This document shows positions 20,096 to 32,621 of a DNA stretch of 64,000 bases, one piece after another. Under the pieces are notes generated by a model. The model was not told where the DNA came from. It was given only the letters and a program-made list of their open reading frames with translations, and searched no databases. Within the stretch, counting starts at the first letter, position 1. The number at the start of each line of letters is the position of its first letter. The stretch is from a virus (taxonomy: Duplodnaviria; Caudoviricetes): positions 1,016-65,015 of the IMG/VR virus record IMGVR_UViG_3300037249_000989; one strand, 5' to 3'. The translations under genes and the position numbers were made by a program.

Positions 20096-20349
20096 TTTAA
20101 ACTAAGTAGGTAGTTCCATTGTTAAACATTAAATAGAAACAATAAATAATTCAGTATTAAATAATGTGCCATAAAATGGTACATTCTGTATATCTGTTTT
20201 AATTATTATATATATTATATATACTATATAAACTAGTTTAGCACCCAAATTTTTAAACCTACGTTAGACCCTTTAGCAAATTGAATTTTGACCAAAATTT
20301 TCTTAAATAAATAATATATAGAAACAATAAAAATTAAAACTCACACATT

Positions 20350-20502
20350 ATGATTACATTATTATCTATAGCATCTGTTTTAGCAACAGTATTAAACGTT
20401 ACTATTATTTTTGGAGCAGGTTATGTAACTGCATACTACATCCAATATTTAAAAAACAAAAATTCAAACATCACATTAAATGAAAAATCCAAAGAAGCTT
20501 GA
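20350..20502 (+). CDS. Small membrane protein (50 aa)
   Basis: Hydrophobic N-terminus; conserved in copy 2. Confidence 0.55.
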   Translation: MITLLSIASVLATVLNVTIIFGAGYVTAYYIQYLKNKNSNITLNEKSKEA

Positions 20503-21001
20503 TTTGAATACAGAATCACATTTCAGTTAGAGAGTTCCTAAAAAACAAAGAGAATATTTGAAAAAGCTCTGGACACCACCAGAGAATAATGATGCAGACA
20601 CAATTCTGAATTGGCTCTATAACAGAGGGCTGGTTCAGAATTATGTTCGTAAATTAGAGTATGAAACCATTGATGAAGATACCATATAGGATGAGATTCA
20701 AGAAGTTTGGCTTTACCTAATAGAAAAGAAAGACAAGCTCAAAGAATTATATGATACACAAGGCATAACAGGTTTGACTGCCTATGTTTCCGGCATAATT
20801 GCAAGACAGGTTCACTCTAATAGTTCCCAGATTTATAATAAATACAAAAAGGGATTCAAGATATTTAAACATATATCAGACAAAACTTGGGAAGTCTTTG
20901 ATAATACTGGTGAAATGATTTCCACTAATTATGATTATTTGACTGAGGAGACACTTGAAGATACTATTATAAAAAACATATATAATAATAAAGATGAGTA
21001 A
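20480..21001 (+). CDS. Putative ECF sigma region-2-like protein (173 aa, TAG=Gln)
   Basis: IQDEIQEVWLYLIEK..GLTAYVSGIIARQ resembles sigma-70 r2. Confidence 0.55.
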
Positions 21002-21320
21002 AAAAGGAAGACCTAAAATAGACAGACCTATTGAAGAACTGAATTATACTACGTTTTAGCAAGATATAACGATGTTCAGAAACTATTTGATTGACGTGGT
21101 TGAAGATGAAGAAACAGAAGACCCCAATATCCCAATTATCAGGAAATTCCTATCAATGGAGATCTGGGCCTAGAATCTGTTTATCATATATCTGCTAAAC
21201 AAAGAAAAACATAATACTGCGAACAAATTCACATTCAAAGCCCTTGCCGATTTATTGTAGGTTGACAGAGCTGAGTTAATGCGAAAAATAAAAGATATAA
21301 AAAACGAACTGAAGATATGA
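20994..21320 (+). CDS. Putative sigma region-4-like HTH protein (108 aa, 3 TAG=Gln)
   Basis: FLSMEIWAQNLFIIYL..FTFKALADLLQVDRAELMRKIKDIKNEL resembles sigma-70 r4. Confidence 0.55.
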
Positions 21321-21640
21321 TATTAAATTTGATTTGTATATGGATTATATGTGTCGTGGTGATAGATATTTCTGGTTTTATAGATTCTATTAAATACGGA
21401 ATTTCCTATCTCCTGACAAAAGGGAAAATCCCATCATCAGATTATAGGATTAAACCGATTGACTGTAGTTTCTGTATGAACTTCTGGATTGGTTTAATTT
21501 ATATTATTTGTATTGGGTAGTTCTCATTACCGGCAGTTGCATTTATTCTAATACTCTCTGTCTTTACCCCTATTTTGAAAGATATTATTATTCTTTTGAA
21601 AGATATATGTATAAAAATTATTGACAAATTCTATGACTAA
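21317..21640 (+). CDS. Membrane protein with CxxC (107 aa, TAG=Gln)
   Basis: Several TM segments, DCSFCMNFW. Confidence 0.65.
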
Positions 21641-21959
21641 AGAACAACACGATAAACTTATTAAATATGAGCAGATTTTTAGAACTGCGATTGACTCAAA
21701 TTATTATAGATCTATGGACAGCCGATTTGCGAGCGATTTTATTTCAATGTGCCGTGAATTGAATGTTTATATTAAACCAAGTTGTCCATAGTGTGTGCTC
21801 AAGGCATTACAGACAATGGGCAAACTTTATTTTGATTACAAAGAACCTGAAAAAGAAAAACCAATTCAGGACACTTCAAAACCAATAGATAATAAAACTA
21901 TTACTAAAACAAATAAAGTGTCCCAGAAGTCACAGAAACAATCAAAGAAAAAGAAATGA
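21633..21959 (+). CDS. Hypothetical protein with CPQC motif (108 aa, TAG=Gln)
   Basis: Conserved at 52900-53226. Confidence 0.65.
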
Positions 21960-21968
21960 TGATTAGTT

Positions 21969-22493
21969 ATGGCTAGTAAAAAAGATAATTATATAAATAG
22001 AGACTTTTCTCACGACAGAGACAGGTTTGATTCCAATATTACATTATAGGCAAGAGCAATGATTATCGCAGATGAGATTGCCAAAGGAACATTATATCGT
22101 CAGATTGTGAAGAAATATATGGATGAATGGGGTGTTTCATATAATTATATGCACTCTATTATTACTGAATCTATTAATATGTTCAATAATGAAGCCATAT
22201 ATAAAAAGCTGAAAGATATAAATTTGGACAGATTGACCGATATATATGCAGAAGCACGTTAGCAAGGTGACTTAGATGTGGCAATTAAAGCAGTCGATAA
22301 GCTGAATAAAACTGCCGGAATATACGATACAGAGAAAACTTAGGTTCAGGTTCAGACCGATGATAGTAATATAGTCATTACCTTTGGTGGTGAAAGTATT
22401 GAAACCGTAGAAGCTAAGTTTAATTAGAAGCCTGAAGATGCACCATTTAATGAGGTAGACAGTTTAATTAGTGATGCTTTAGATAAAAAGTAA
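21969..22493 (+). CDS. Terminase small subunit, putative (174 aa, TAG=Gln)
   Basis: Helical protein directly upstream of terL; CAG aligns with TAG in copy 2. Confidence 0.6.
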
Positions 22494-22504
22494 AAATTTG
22501 AATA

Positions 22505-23728
22505 ATGAACATACAATTACCGAAAATGTTTGGTTGGCAATAGAAGGTTTTCTTAGGGTTGAAGAACCATTGGAAAGATTCTATTCACGTAGTCAAGTCA
22601 AGACGTCAGTGTGGCAAGTCAATTTTAGCAGAATTGATTGGAATGTTTTATTGCATACAATAGAAGAACTTTAGATGCTATATTATTGAGCCAACATTCA
22701 ACCAAGCAGATAAAGTTATGAATGAAGTTTGGAAGATGTGTAAAGGCCAACCATTTTATTATAAAAAGAACGATATAAAAAGATAGTTACTATTCAAGAA
22801 CGGTGCTGAAATACGATTGTTCTCGGCTGAGCAAGGTGTAGATGCATTACAAGGTTATACGTGTGAGTTGCTGATAATAGACGAAGCTGCATATTTAAGT
22901 GAAGATATTATTGATGCAATATTTCCATATGTGAATACTACTAAAGGACCTATTGTAATGTTCTCTACCCCACGTACAAAGTCCGGATAGTTCTATAATT
23001 ATTATTCGATGGGATTAAGTGGAGATGAAAATATTTATAGTTACGACTGGGCACGTGAAGACGTTTCTGAATTACTTAGTCCAGCTAAACTTGAATTGTA
23101 CCGAAAAACTGTTGACCCATTAAAATTCAAAAACTATTATTTAGGAGAATTCTTAAATAACGAATCTGATTTCTTTGGTGATTTCTCACAATGTGTCAAA
23201 GACAAGCCAAGTATTTTTTGTATGGAACCAGTAGTATTTGGTATAGACTGGGCTGGTTCAACTGGTGGTGACTACACTGCTATTTCTATTATTGGACTTA
23301 GTGGACAACTTTATGATATTAAATATTTCAATGACAAGGATCCAAAACAAACTATTGCTGAAATATTAAGATTGGTTGCATAGTATAAACCTAAAAAAGT
23401 GACGGTTGAAACAAATTCAATTGGTAATATATACTTTGGTTTGCTTAGAGACGAATTGAAAATGCGAAATGTTCCGTTAATTGGGTTTTACACAGATAAT
23501 ACAAGTAAAGATAAGATTATTTCTAAGTTACAGGTTGCTTTTCAGAATAATAAAATTATGATTTATACTGACTACGAACTAATGGATGAACTTCAATATT
23601 ATGAGTTAACTTATAGTAAAACTGGGAAACGTGTATTTAATGCTAAGACTGGACACCACGACGATGTTCTGATGTCGTTAGCAATTGCATATAATTCGTT
23701 AACTTCTGGAAACTATGATGTTTGCTAA
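22505..23728 (+). CDS. terL: Terminase large subunit (407 aa, 5 TAG=Gln)
   Basis: Walker A KSRRQCGKS, Walker B LLIIDEAA, GIDWAG nuclease motif, HDD. Confidence 0.9.
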
Positions 23729-23773
23729 ATAAATATAAAAACAAAAAATTATTTTTCATTTGAACAAAAGATT

Positions 23774-24513
23774 ATGACTTGGAACGATATTACATATAGA
23801 CAATTACTTGATATTAGAGAGGCTGCTAATATTGAAGATGAAAATGAACGTGTGTATGCAATTATGGAAGCTGTTTTTGGTGAAGATGTTTTAAATTTGC
23901 CATTAAAAGACTTCAATGAAAAATGCAAAGAATTGTAGTTTTTACAAAAACCAATTCCAAATGATTTGCACGTTAAAAACATTAAAGTAAACGGAAGAGA
24001 ATATTATTTTGATGGGTTGCTTGGAAAAATCACTACAGCCCAATATATTGACTTCCAAAACTACCAAAAAAATGAAGATGAACAAAAAACATTTTCAGTT
24101 TTCATTATACCTAAAGGCCATAAATATAATGATGGTTATGATATGGACCAAGTGTTTAATGATATATTAGATGTGCCAGTACCTATTTTATTCAGCGCAA
24201 GTTTTTTTTTCATTCGGTAGTTCGAACTATTCATTAGAATTTTCCGACGTTATTCAATCAAATAGATGAAGAAGACCGGACTACCGAAGGAAGTGATGGA
24301 GAATCTGGAGAAAGTAGTGAACTTGTCAACAACGATGATGATAACCCCTTTGGAATCTTTCCGTTCGTAATGACTTTTATAGAAGTCACAAACCACACTT
24401 TAGAAGAAGCGATGAACTATGATGTAGCAACATTATTTTATGTAGTGAGTTATCAAGTGATGGTTAACAAAAAGAAGGAAGAAATGATAAAGAAAATGTA
24501 GAAACGAAGCTAA
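23774..24513 (+). CDS. Tail assembly chaperone pair with -1 frameshift (short form ends 24370, frameshifted form ends 24513)
   Basis: Slippery T-TTT-TTT-TTC at ~24201-24211; -1 frame shows synonymous changes versus copy 2. Confidence 0.7.
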
Positions 24514-24974
24514 TGGAACAAACTACTGAAATAAGAAATATATGTGAGCAAATTGCTTAGGTTTACCGAGATAAAATGAGTAATGCCGGGTATGATCCAA
24601 ATGGTGAACTAATGAAGTTTACTTGGGTGACAGAATTAAACGGTAATTTATTTGAATTGTACTTCAATCTTCCGGACTATTGGTAGTATGCAGAAAATGG
24701 TAGAAGACCAGGAAAGTTCCCTCCACCTGATGCAATACTAAAATGGATTCAATTTAAACGATTAGTACCAAGACCCGGAAGAGACGGAAAAGTTCCAAGT
24801 ACAAACCAATTGGTTTATTTAATATCAAGAAAGATTGCATTACACGGAACTGAAGGTAAACATTTGCTTCAACAAACTATAGACGAAACATATGATAATT
24901 TAGTTGACAGATTGGTTGAAGCTATTACAAACCAAATTGAAAATGAATTAGAAAAAGATATAGAAGAAATATGA
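24513..24974 (+). CDS. Neck/tail-completion protein (153 aa, TAG=Gln)
   Basis: ENGRRPGKFPP..ILKWI motif typical of phage morphogenesis proteins. Confidence 0.6.
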
Positions 24975-26164
24975 AATACTTAAACGAACGAATCACTCAA
25001 CAAATAGACTTAGGTAGCCTTCAAGAAAAAGGTGTGTATAAATATGAAGTTCAAGTTTCAGATAAATTTGAACAGAGTGGATGGTGGACAATATTTGTTG
25101 GTAACTATTATAATAACAGAGAGCGTTATCACACATTTGATATTACCGATTTATGTCGAAGCAGAAAAAGAAATATACATACTTCTTTTGGAAAAACATT
25201 TGATACTGATGATTTTACTATTGAACAATATAGAATAATCGTTACAAAAAGTGATGATACGACTGTTACAGGTTCAGCAATAACTGTAGCGCATATTTAT
25301 CCATATCCAAATGTACAAAAATCTACACTTTCAATGCGGCCTTCAAATGTATTTTTTGAAATTATAGATGGTTCAAAAAAAGATGTTAGTTTATTGCTAC
25401 AGGGTAACAACAGATTTAGAACAGGAACTAATAATATATACCTTTGTCCAAAATATCCAATGGTTAATAATGAACTAGACTTAGATGAAAATTATACAAT
25501 GACATTTGGTGCTGCTATTGAAATTGGTAGTGCAATAGGTGATGTTACTTTTTTTACAGTTGAAGCAGGTGCAGATTATACAGATACTGATGAATGGTAT
25601 GGTTCTTACAGTCTAGAGAATTTAGGTCGTGAAGGTTATTCTCATACATTTTTTAGAAGTTATGGTTATTTCTTAAACACAGATAGTAAAGGCGGTGTAC
25701 CAATGAATCTTGATTATTGGGTTTATATGACGTGGAAAAATGTTAATAATGTTAGCCAATATCGTAGAATAGCCATTATTGAAGCTTGCAAAAGCAGATA
25801 CTATTTATTATGGCAAGATAGATTTGGAAGTTATCAAAGCCAACCATTTAACGGTAAAATGGAGTATTCCGAAGATATTACAAATAGTGAATATGTAAGT
25901 TATACTGGAAACCGATACAAATATAATGTACAAGTGCAGCCAAAATGGAAACTCAATTCTGGTTGGTTAACAGAAGATTTATTCCCATTTTATGAAAGTA
26001 TTTATGTTAGTCCTATATTGAAACTATATGATACTGAAACACAAACAGAATATGATGTTATTCTTAACGATAAATATACTGAAAAGAAATATGTCAATGA
26101 GAAAAAGTTATTGAGCATAGAATTAAACTTAGAAGCAACTGAAAAACAAAATATTATTTACTAA
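24971..26164 (+). CDS. Tail protein (397 aa)
   Basis: C-terminal YYLLWQDRFG...WKLNSGWL region shared with 56230-57819. Confidence 0.6.
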   Translation: MKYLNERITQQIDLGSLQEKGVYKYEVQVSDKFEQSGWWTIFVGNYYNNRERYHTFDITDLCRSRKRNIHTSFGKTFDTDDFTIEQYRIIVTKSDDTTVTGSAITVAHIYPYPNVQKSTLSMRPSNVFFEIIDGSKKDVSLLLQGNNRFRTGTNNIYLCPKYPMVNNELDLDENYTMTFGAAIEIGSAIGDVTFFTVEAGADYTDTDEWYGSYSLENLGREGYSHTFFRSYGYFLNTDSKGGVPMNLDYWVYMTWKNVNNVSQYRRIAIIEACKSRYYLLWQDRFGSYQSQPFNGKMEYSEDITNSEYVSYTGNRYKYNVQVQPKWKLNSGWLTEDLFPFYESIYVSPILKLYDTETQTEYDVILNDKYTEKKYVNEKKLLSIELNLEATEKQNIIY

Positions 26165-26165
26165 T

Positions 26166-29100
26166 ATGATAAGATTATTTATTGAAAATACAGAAATAGA
26201 GTTAGACGAATCAGTTCAATTTGCTATTACAAAGCAATTTGAAGATTTAAATAATCCAACATCTATTATAAATGATTGGTCTAAAACCGTATCTATTCCG
26301 TTTACAGCACATAATAATGGAATATTTGGACATATTTATAATCCTGATAGAATTATTGTTTCTAGCGATAACGCTGCATTGACTGGTATTTATTTTGATC
26401 CAACTAAGAAACTTGATATGAGATTACAATGGGGAGATGCAGTTCTTATGACTGGCTACGCTAAAATGACCGATATTAAACAAACAAATGGTAATGGAAC
26501 ATATAATATTACATTATTTGGCCAATTGGGGCGAGTTTTGTATGAAATGAAAAAGATAACATTTGATTAGAGTTCTCCAAATACTGAATATATTATAGAT
26601 GGTGCAAAATATGTGAATGAAACATATAATAAAGAGCTTGTTTATAATTCTTGGACCAGTGAAGGCCAAACTGATTATGTTTTACGTGAAACCTCAGACA
26701 CTTCTAATTATAAAGTAACAGACATCATAGGTTTTGCACCTAATAATGCATTTGATAAAGGTTTTGATTACCAATCATTTGAAAAAGATGATACTGCTGT
26801 TAAGTTTACTGATGTTTTAAACTCATCGACTGTCCAATTTGAAGAACATACTGGCATTGCTCCAGATACAGTGATACCTAATGGTTTATTACCACGTGAA
26901 ATAGGTGAGTATAGAAGTTATTTGCAAATTCCATTTATATATTGGAATAAATTATTTCAAATCTTCAATAAAAAAGTTGAAGATATTACTGGATATAGTG
27001 TAAACTTAGACATAGATTGGTTTAGTGAAGACAACCCATATTATAGTAAATTAGTTTATATATTAAATCGTAAAGATTTTGATGAAAAAACTGATGATAA
27101 AAAAACTAATATATATGTTCCTAATGGTGCCAATATTTGGCATAGAGAATCATTAAGTGTACCTTTTTCAACTCAGTTTACAACCGATATTTATTTTTCA
27201 AGAACTGGCTCAGTTGAGGCAATCAAAGGGGTTTTATAGAATGATAATAAAACATTAAAAATCCCAAGTTTTAATAATAATAATTTTACTACCACTATTC
27301 AACTACCATTCTCAATTACATACCCTCCTTATAGAAATGGTAGACATTTTTATTGGCCAGGACAATTGACACGTAATAATGCATTTCAGATTCAGATACA
27401 AACTAGAAACAAATATAATAGTATTTTAAAAAACAGTAAAATATTGGTATTATGCGAAGGTTACACAGGCTCATACACACCTTCTGATTATGCAGCAATA
27501 ATAAATTATGGAGATTTGGTTTTTGGAAAAGGATCAAGACCATATGAAAAGACATATAGTAATATTCAATATAATGAATTTTCATTTAATATAAATGTTG
27601 ACTTATCTGAATTTTCAGATACTGAAATACATTTCACTATTATATCAAACTGGGTTAACGATAATATGCCAACTGATGGAACTGGCACAAAAGGTATGAA
27701 TATTTATTTACGTGATGATGTAAATAGATTTTTCAAATTTGATATGACTAGAAATAATAGAAGTTTCTCTCAGTTTACATTAAATGATTTATGGAATAAT
27801 GATGTTGAAATATGCGATGAAATAATTAGATATTGTAAAATGTTCCATATTGTAATAGCAACTGATGATATAAATAAAACTATTTCATTTACACCATTCT
27901 CTAATATATTCAAAAACTACACTGTTGAAAATTGGACAAATAAAATAGACAAATCAAAAGACTTTATTATAACTCCAGTTTCGTTTGACAGTAAATATGT
28001 GTTATTTCAATATGATGATAATGATACTGAACTTTCGAAACAATACAAACAAAAATATGGTGTAACATATGGTTCATATCGATTAAATACTAATTATAAT
28101 TTTAATGAAAAAACGACTTCTATAATAGAAAAATGCAAACAATCGATTACAAATACAGATAACATATTATCTTGGACAAATTTATATAATAACGTCAGAA
28201 TCGCATACTCAGTGCCTAATGAAATATATGTTTATAACAAAGATAAAGATAAAAATTTTGTTAACATTTTTGGATCATTCTATTTTCATAATGGATTGGC
28301 AAATTTTAATAGAGAGCCTGAATTAGCTCTAAGGTCTGTCACCCTCACAGATGATAGTAATTATATGAGACTTCACTCATCATATTTCTATAGACAAAGC
28401 AATGGATTAGAAGTGCTAACATACCCAAAATTAGACGTAGTTAACGGCAATAATTTATGTTTGTTTAATGTTCCATCTGAGTGCTACACATATATAAATA
28501 ATTATGCGAACAAAGACAGCATTTACTATAATATTTGGGAGAAATATATAAATGAACGATATAACATTTAGAATAAAAAAATTACGTGCTATGTTGATAT
28601 GAAACTTAAAGACTTTATTAAATTTACTTATAATAAATTTGTTTTGCTTATGAACCAATTATGTGTGGTAAACAAAATATATGATTATAATATGAATAAC
28701 GCTGAGACAACAAAGGTGGATTTAATCACTATTTCAGACGTAAGTGCATACACAGATGCTAATTTTAAACCAGATTTTCTTAGACTTAGCACTGCTTCGT
28801 TAACAGTTCCATATGACCATTATAAAACTATTTAGGTTGAAAGCTCAAAACATTGGGAACTTCATTATAATGATTATCAAGATTATTTAGATGTTTACCC
28901 AACTGAAGGCGAAGCAGGAATAACGACAGTTTATATTGGGTCTATTGATGAAGGGGGTGGCTACACATTACAATTTGATTTAATAGATGATATGTCTCAA
29001 ATAATTACTAGTAAAGAACTCAGCGTTTCAGTTGGTGGAGCTACTAGTTTAGAAGTCAACCCTTGGTTCAACCAATTAGAGCCTGGTGGCGCTGCAACAT

Positions 29101-29579
29101 TTGTAGTAAATAGTTCAACGTACTGGAGTGTGCAAGAAATTTTTAATAATTCTGGTTTAGAATTAAGTGTAAATCCAACTAATGGAACTTCTGGAACAAC
29201 AACAGTAACTATTCAAGCTGAAAATGAGAGTGATGGTATGGCAGATATTTTTATTGAAAACAATAATGGTGATATAGTTTCTGCAAGAGCATATGTGGAA
29301 AAGCAATTATTAAAACTAAGTGATAATAATATTACACTAAGTCGTGGTTCTCAAACAACAATACAGCTTTATAATGATAGTAATGCAAGCTGGATTATTG
29401 AAAGCAATTCAGGTCCTTCTAATATTTCAATAAATCCTGCTACCGGCCCAGCACGTAGTATTACAACTCTATTAGTAGGTGCTCCCCTTTCAGGTCAAGC
29501 TGGAGAAAATACAATTGTTTTTGTAGATAATGGTGGAAACCAACAAAGAGCAAAACTATTCGTGACAGTAACTCAATAA
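26166..29579 (+). CDS. Large tail tip/hub protein with C-terminal Ig/BACON-like repeats (1137 aa, TAG=Gln)
   Basis: Five ORF-track fragments share one frame separated only by TAG. Confidence 0.75.
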
Positions 29580-29625
29580 TTAAATAATTTATTTTTCATT
29601 TGAACAAAAACTATAATATAGAATT

Positions 29626-31647
29626 ATGGCAGTAAAGAAAAAAGTCGTTGAAATAGATACTTAGCAAGCTGAAACTTCAGTAAAAGATCTGAGACAACAA
29701 TTAAAGTCATTAAAAGACCAAATGTTGTCTGCTGAAGAAGGTACTAAAGAATATAATGATGCTTTGCAAAAAGCGGCTGATATTCAGCACACATTAAAAG
29801 AGTAGATGGAACAAGTCAATGCATCTGCAATGGACTTTGGACAGATTGCTAGTAATGCCACTAAGGCTGTTGGTGGTGTGGTTGCAGGTTTTCAAGCAGC
29901 AAAAGCAACAATGAACTTATTTGGTGTTGAAAATGAAGCAGTGATAAAGTCATTAGAGAAAATGCAAAATTTAATGGCTATTACACAAGCATTACCCGCA
30001 ATAGATGATGGTATTAAAGCATTTGATAGATTATCTGACAAAATTTTATCTGTTGTAAATAGATTAACAGAAAAAACAGTTGTTGAAGAAGTAGATACAG
30101 TTGCAACAAAAGCAAATACAACTGCAATGGAAGCTAATGCAACTGCAACAAATGTTGCAACAAAAGCAACAAATAAATGGAAAAAAGCATTAGTTTCAAC
30201 AGGACTTGGTGCAATATTATTAGCACTTGGTTACTTGGTTACACATTTTGAAGAAATATCAAAATGGCTTGATGAAGTGACAGGCCAAACAGATTTTCTT
30301 GGTACGGTTGCAGATGCTGTAGTTGGCGGTTTAAATGCTGCTTGGGCTGGATTAGTTCAAACTATAAAAGCCGTTGGAAGTGCAATAGTAACATATATTA
30401 CTACTCCATTTAAATCTGTCTGGGCTGCAATTCAAGCATATACATCAACAGAAGGTGGTTTTGTTGATAAATTAAAAGCTGCTGGTAAGGCAATGAAAAA
30501 TGGTTTCGTTTCAGACTGGAAAGATGTTGGTAATGACTTCAAAAAGATTGGTGAAGTTTCAGCTAATGCATATTAGGAAGGATTTAATAAAAACCGTGCA
30601 AAACGATTGGCTAAAAATGAAGAGGAAGCTAAAGAAATAGGTGCTGTAAGAGGTAAAGCAAAAGCAGAAGCAGAAGAAGCCGCATATAAAAAACGTTTAC
30701 GTGATATTGACACACAAGAACGTGATGAAATGTTGAAACTTCAAGCAATGGGCTTGAGTTATGAAGACTATGTGGCTAAAAAGCAAGAATTAGAAGATGA
30801 GTTTACAAAGAAACGTATTGAAGCCTTACAAAATATTTTAGACACTGAAACTACATTAACTGAGCAAGAAATTGCATCATTAAAAGATGAGTTAATCAAG
30901 CTTCAAGATAGTTTATATAAAAAACCAGAAGAAACTAAGACTGCTTCTACTGAAGAAAATGCTCCAGAGGAAGTTCTCACTGCAAAACAAATATCTGAAG
31001 CAATAAATGCATCTGCATTAGCTCTTAATGATTTTAGCGATAATCCAGCTTGGGGTAATATATTGAAAAATGTTGCTACATTAACTGCAAATTGGGACAC
31101 ATTGTCAGAGAATATGAAAAAAATAAATTCTGACATTCCAGGTGAAGCAGAAAAAGCATATTCAGCTTATGCACAAATTGCAGCTACTGCATTATCTGCT
31201 GTTGCACAAATGATGAATGGACTTGCAGCTGAGCAAGATACTACTAATAAAGAAGGCTTTGAACAAGCAAAGAAATATCAAATTGCTGGTGCTACAATGT
31301 CAATGCTTGCCGGTATTGCTTCTGCTTGGGCATCTTCAATGCAACTTATGTTCCCTGCTAATGTTATTATTGGTTCTGCATTATCTGCAATGATGTTGGG
31401 TACTGGTATTGCTCAAATTGCTAAGATTAAAAATACACAATTTAATGGTGGTTCTACTTCTGGTTCTTCTGCTACTCCAAATACAAGTGCAGTTGCTTCA
31501 ATTCAAGCACCAGTTCAATACACACAAGACGTTCAAGGTGCTAATATTGAAGGTGCAATCAAAGATACTAGAGTTTATGTGACTGAAGGTGATATTTCTT
31601 CAACCCAAAAGAAAGTTGATGTGGCTGAATCTGAAGCACGTTTCTAA
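29626..31647 (+). CDS. Tape measure protein (673 aa, TAG=Gln)
   Basis: Ala-rich helical protein; TAG/CAA swaps with copy 2. Confidence 0.75.
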
Positions 31648-31689
31648 ATGAAATAAATATAAAAACAAATATTTTTCATTTGAACAATT

Positions 31690-32001
31690 ATGATATACTT
31701 AGACGATAATATATATATTCCAAACTTATTAGGAATTGACTCATCACTTTATTCAATAGAAATAGTGAATAATGTTACTAATGAGAAAATCATTTTGGAT
31801 GCATCAAATATTTCAAATAATGAATTATATTACTAGTTCAATTTAGATGTGTCTGGAATGCCCCAGAATGAATATACGATAGTTTTATATGATGATTCAT
31901 CTTAGTGTTTGGGTAAATATTTAGCACAAAAAGGAATTAGTGATGAAGTACACAAGACTTCATTTGAAAATGATACAAAATATATTCAATTCGAACTATG
32001 A
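31690..32001 (+). CDS. Hypothetical virion protein (103 aa, TAG=Gln)
   Basis: Follows late motif; orthologue at 63029-63337. Confidence 0.6.
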
Positions 32002-32579
32002 AATATTATTACATAGACATAAATGATAATGAACTTGGTTTACAAGCTATTTCTTTAGTTGATAAACCTGCAATAGAGCAAGACTTTTTGTTATTTAGTG
32101 ATGAACATATTTGTTTCGCTAAAGATGATGAAAAACAAATCATTTCCGGGCCTGCACTAATAGCAGAAATGCCTATTTATAGACGTAATGCTAAAGGTGA
32201 AGAATTTTATGTTATCTTCAATAAAGAAACTATTGCAAAGTTGGTTGAAAGATACAGCAAAAATGGTTTATTTAATATTGTAAACCTTCAGCACGACCAC
32301 AGTTTGTTTACCGAAAATGCAATCTTAGTTGAATCTTACTTTATCGACAAAGAACGTGGAATTGCACCTAAAGAATATGGAAGTTTGACAGATGGATCTT
32401 GGGTAGTTTCATTTAAAATCGAAGATAAAGAATTATGGGAACAAATTAAAAATGGAAATGATTTGAATGGTTTTTCTGTTGAGGTTGCCGGACACTTGGT
32501 TGAAAAATTTGAATCAGAAAAAACCGATACCCCGGAAGATGAAATAAATAAATTGATAGATGAAATATTGGAAAAATGA
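31998..32579 (+). CDS. Prohead protease, XkdF-like
   Basis: AISLVDKPAIE...GSWVVSFKI..LW..IK.G.LNGFSVE. Confidence 0.75.
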   Translation: MKYYYIDINDNELGLQAISLVDKPAIEQDFLLFSDEHICFAKDDEKQIISGPALIAEMPIYRRNAKGEEFYVIFNKETIAKLVERYSKNGLFNIVNLQHDHSLFTENAILVESYFIDKERGIAPKEYGSLTDGSWVVSFKIEDKELWEQIKNGNDLNGFSVEVAGHLVEKFESEKTDTPEDEINKLIDEILEK

Positions 32580-32621
32580 TAATCCATATATTTTTCATTT
32601 GAACAAAAATTAAAATCATAT

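Noticed and set aside
18800-20200. Stand-alone recently inserted IS1595 element
   Set aside because: No convincing terminal inverted repeats or target duplication seen; same locus and divergence in both copies.
1108-31647. Many short adjacent ORFs suggesting pseudogenes or a decayed prophage
   Set aside because: Breaks are all in-frame TAGs that align with Gln codons in the other copy; genes are intact in code 15.
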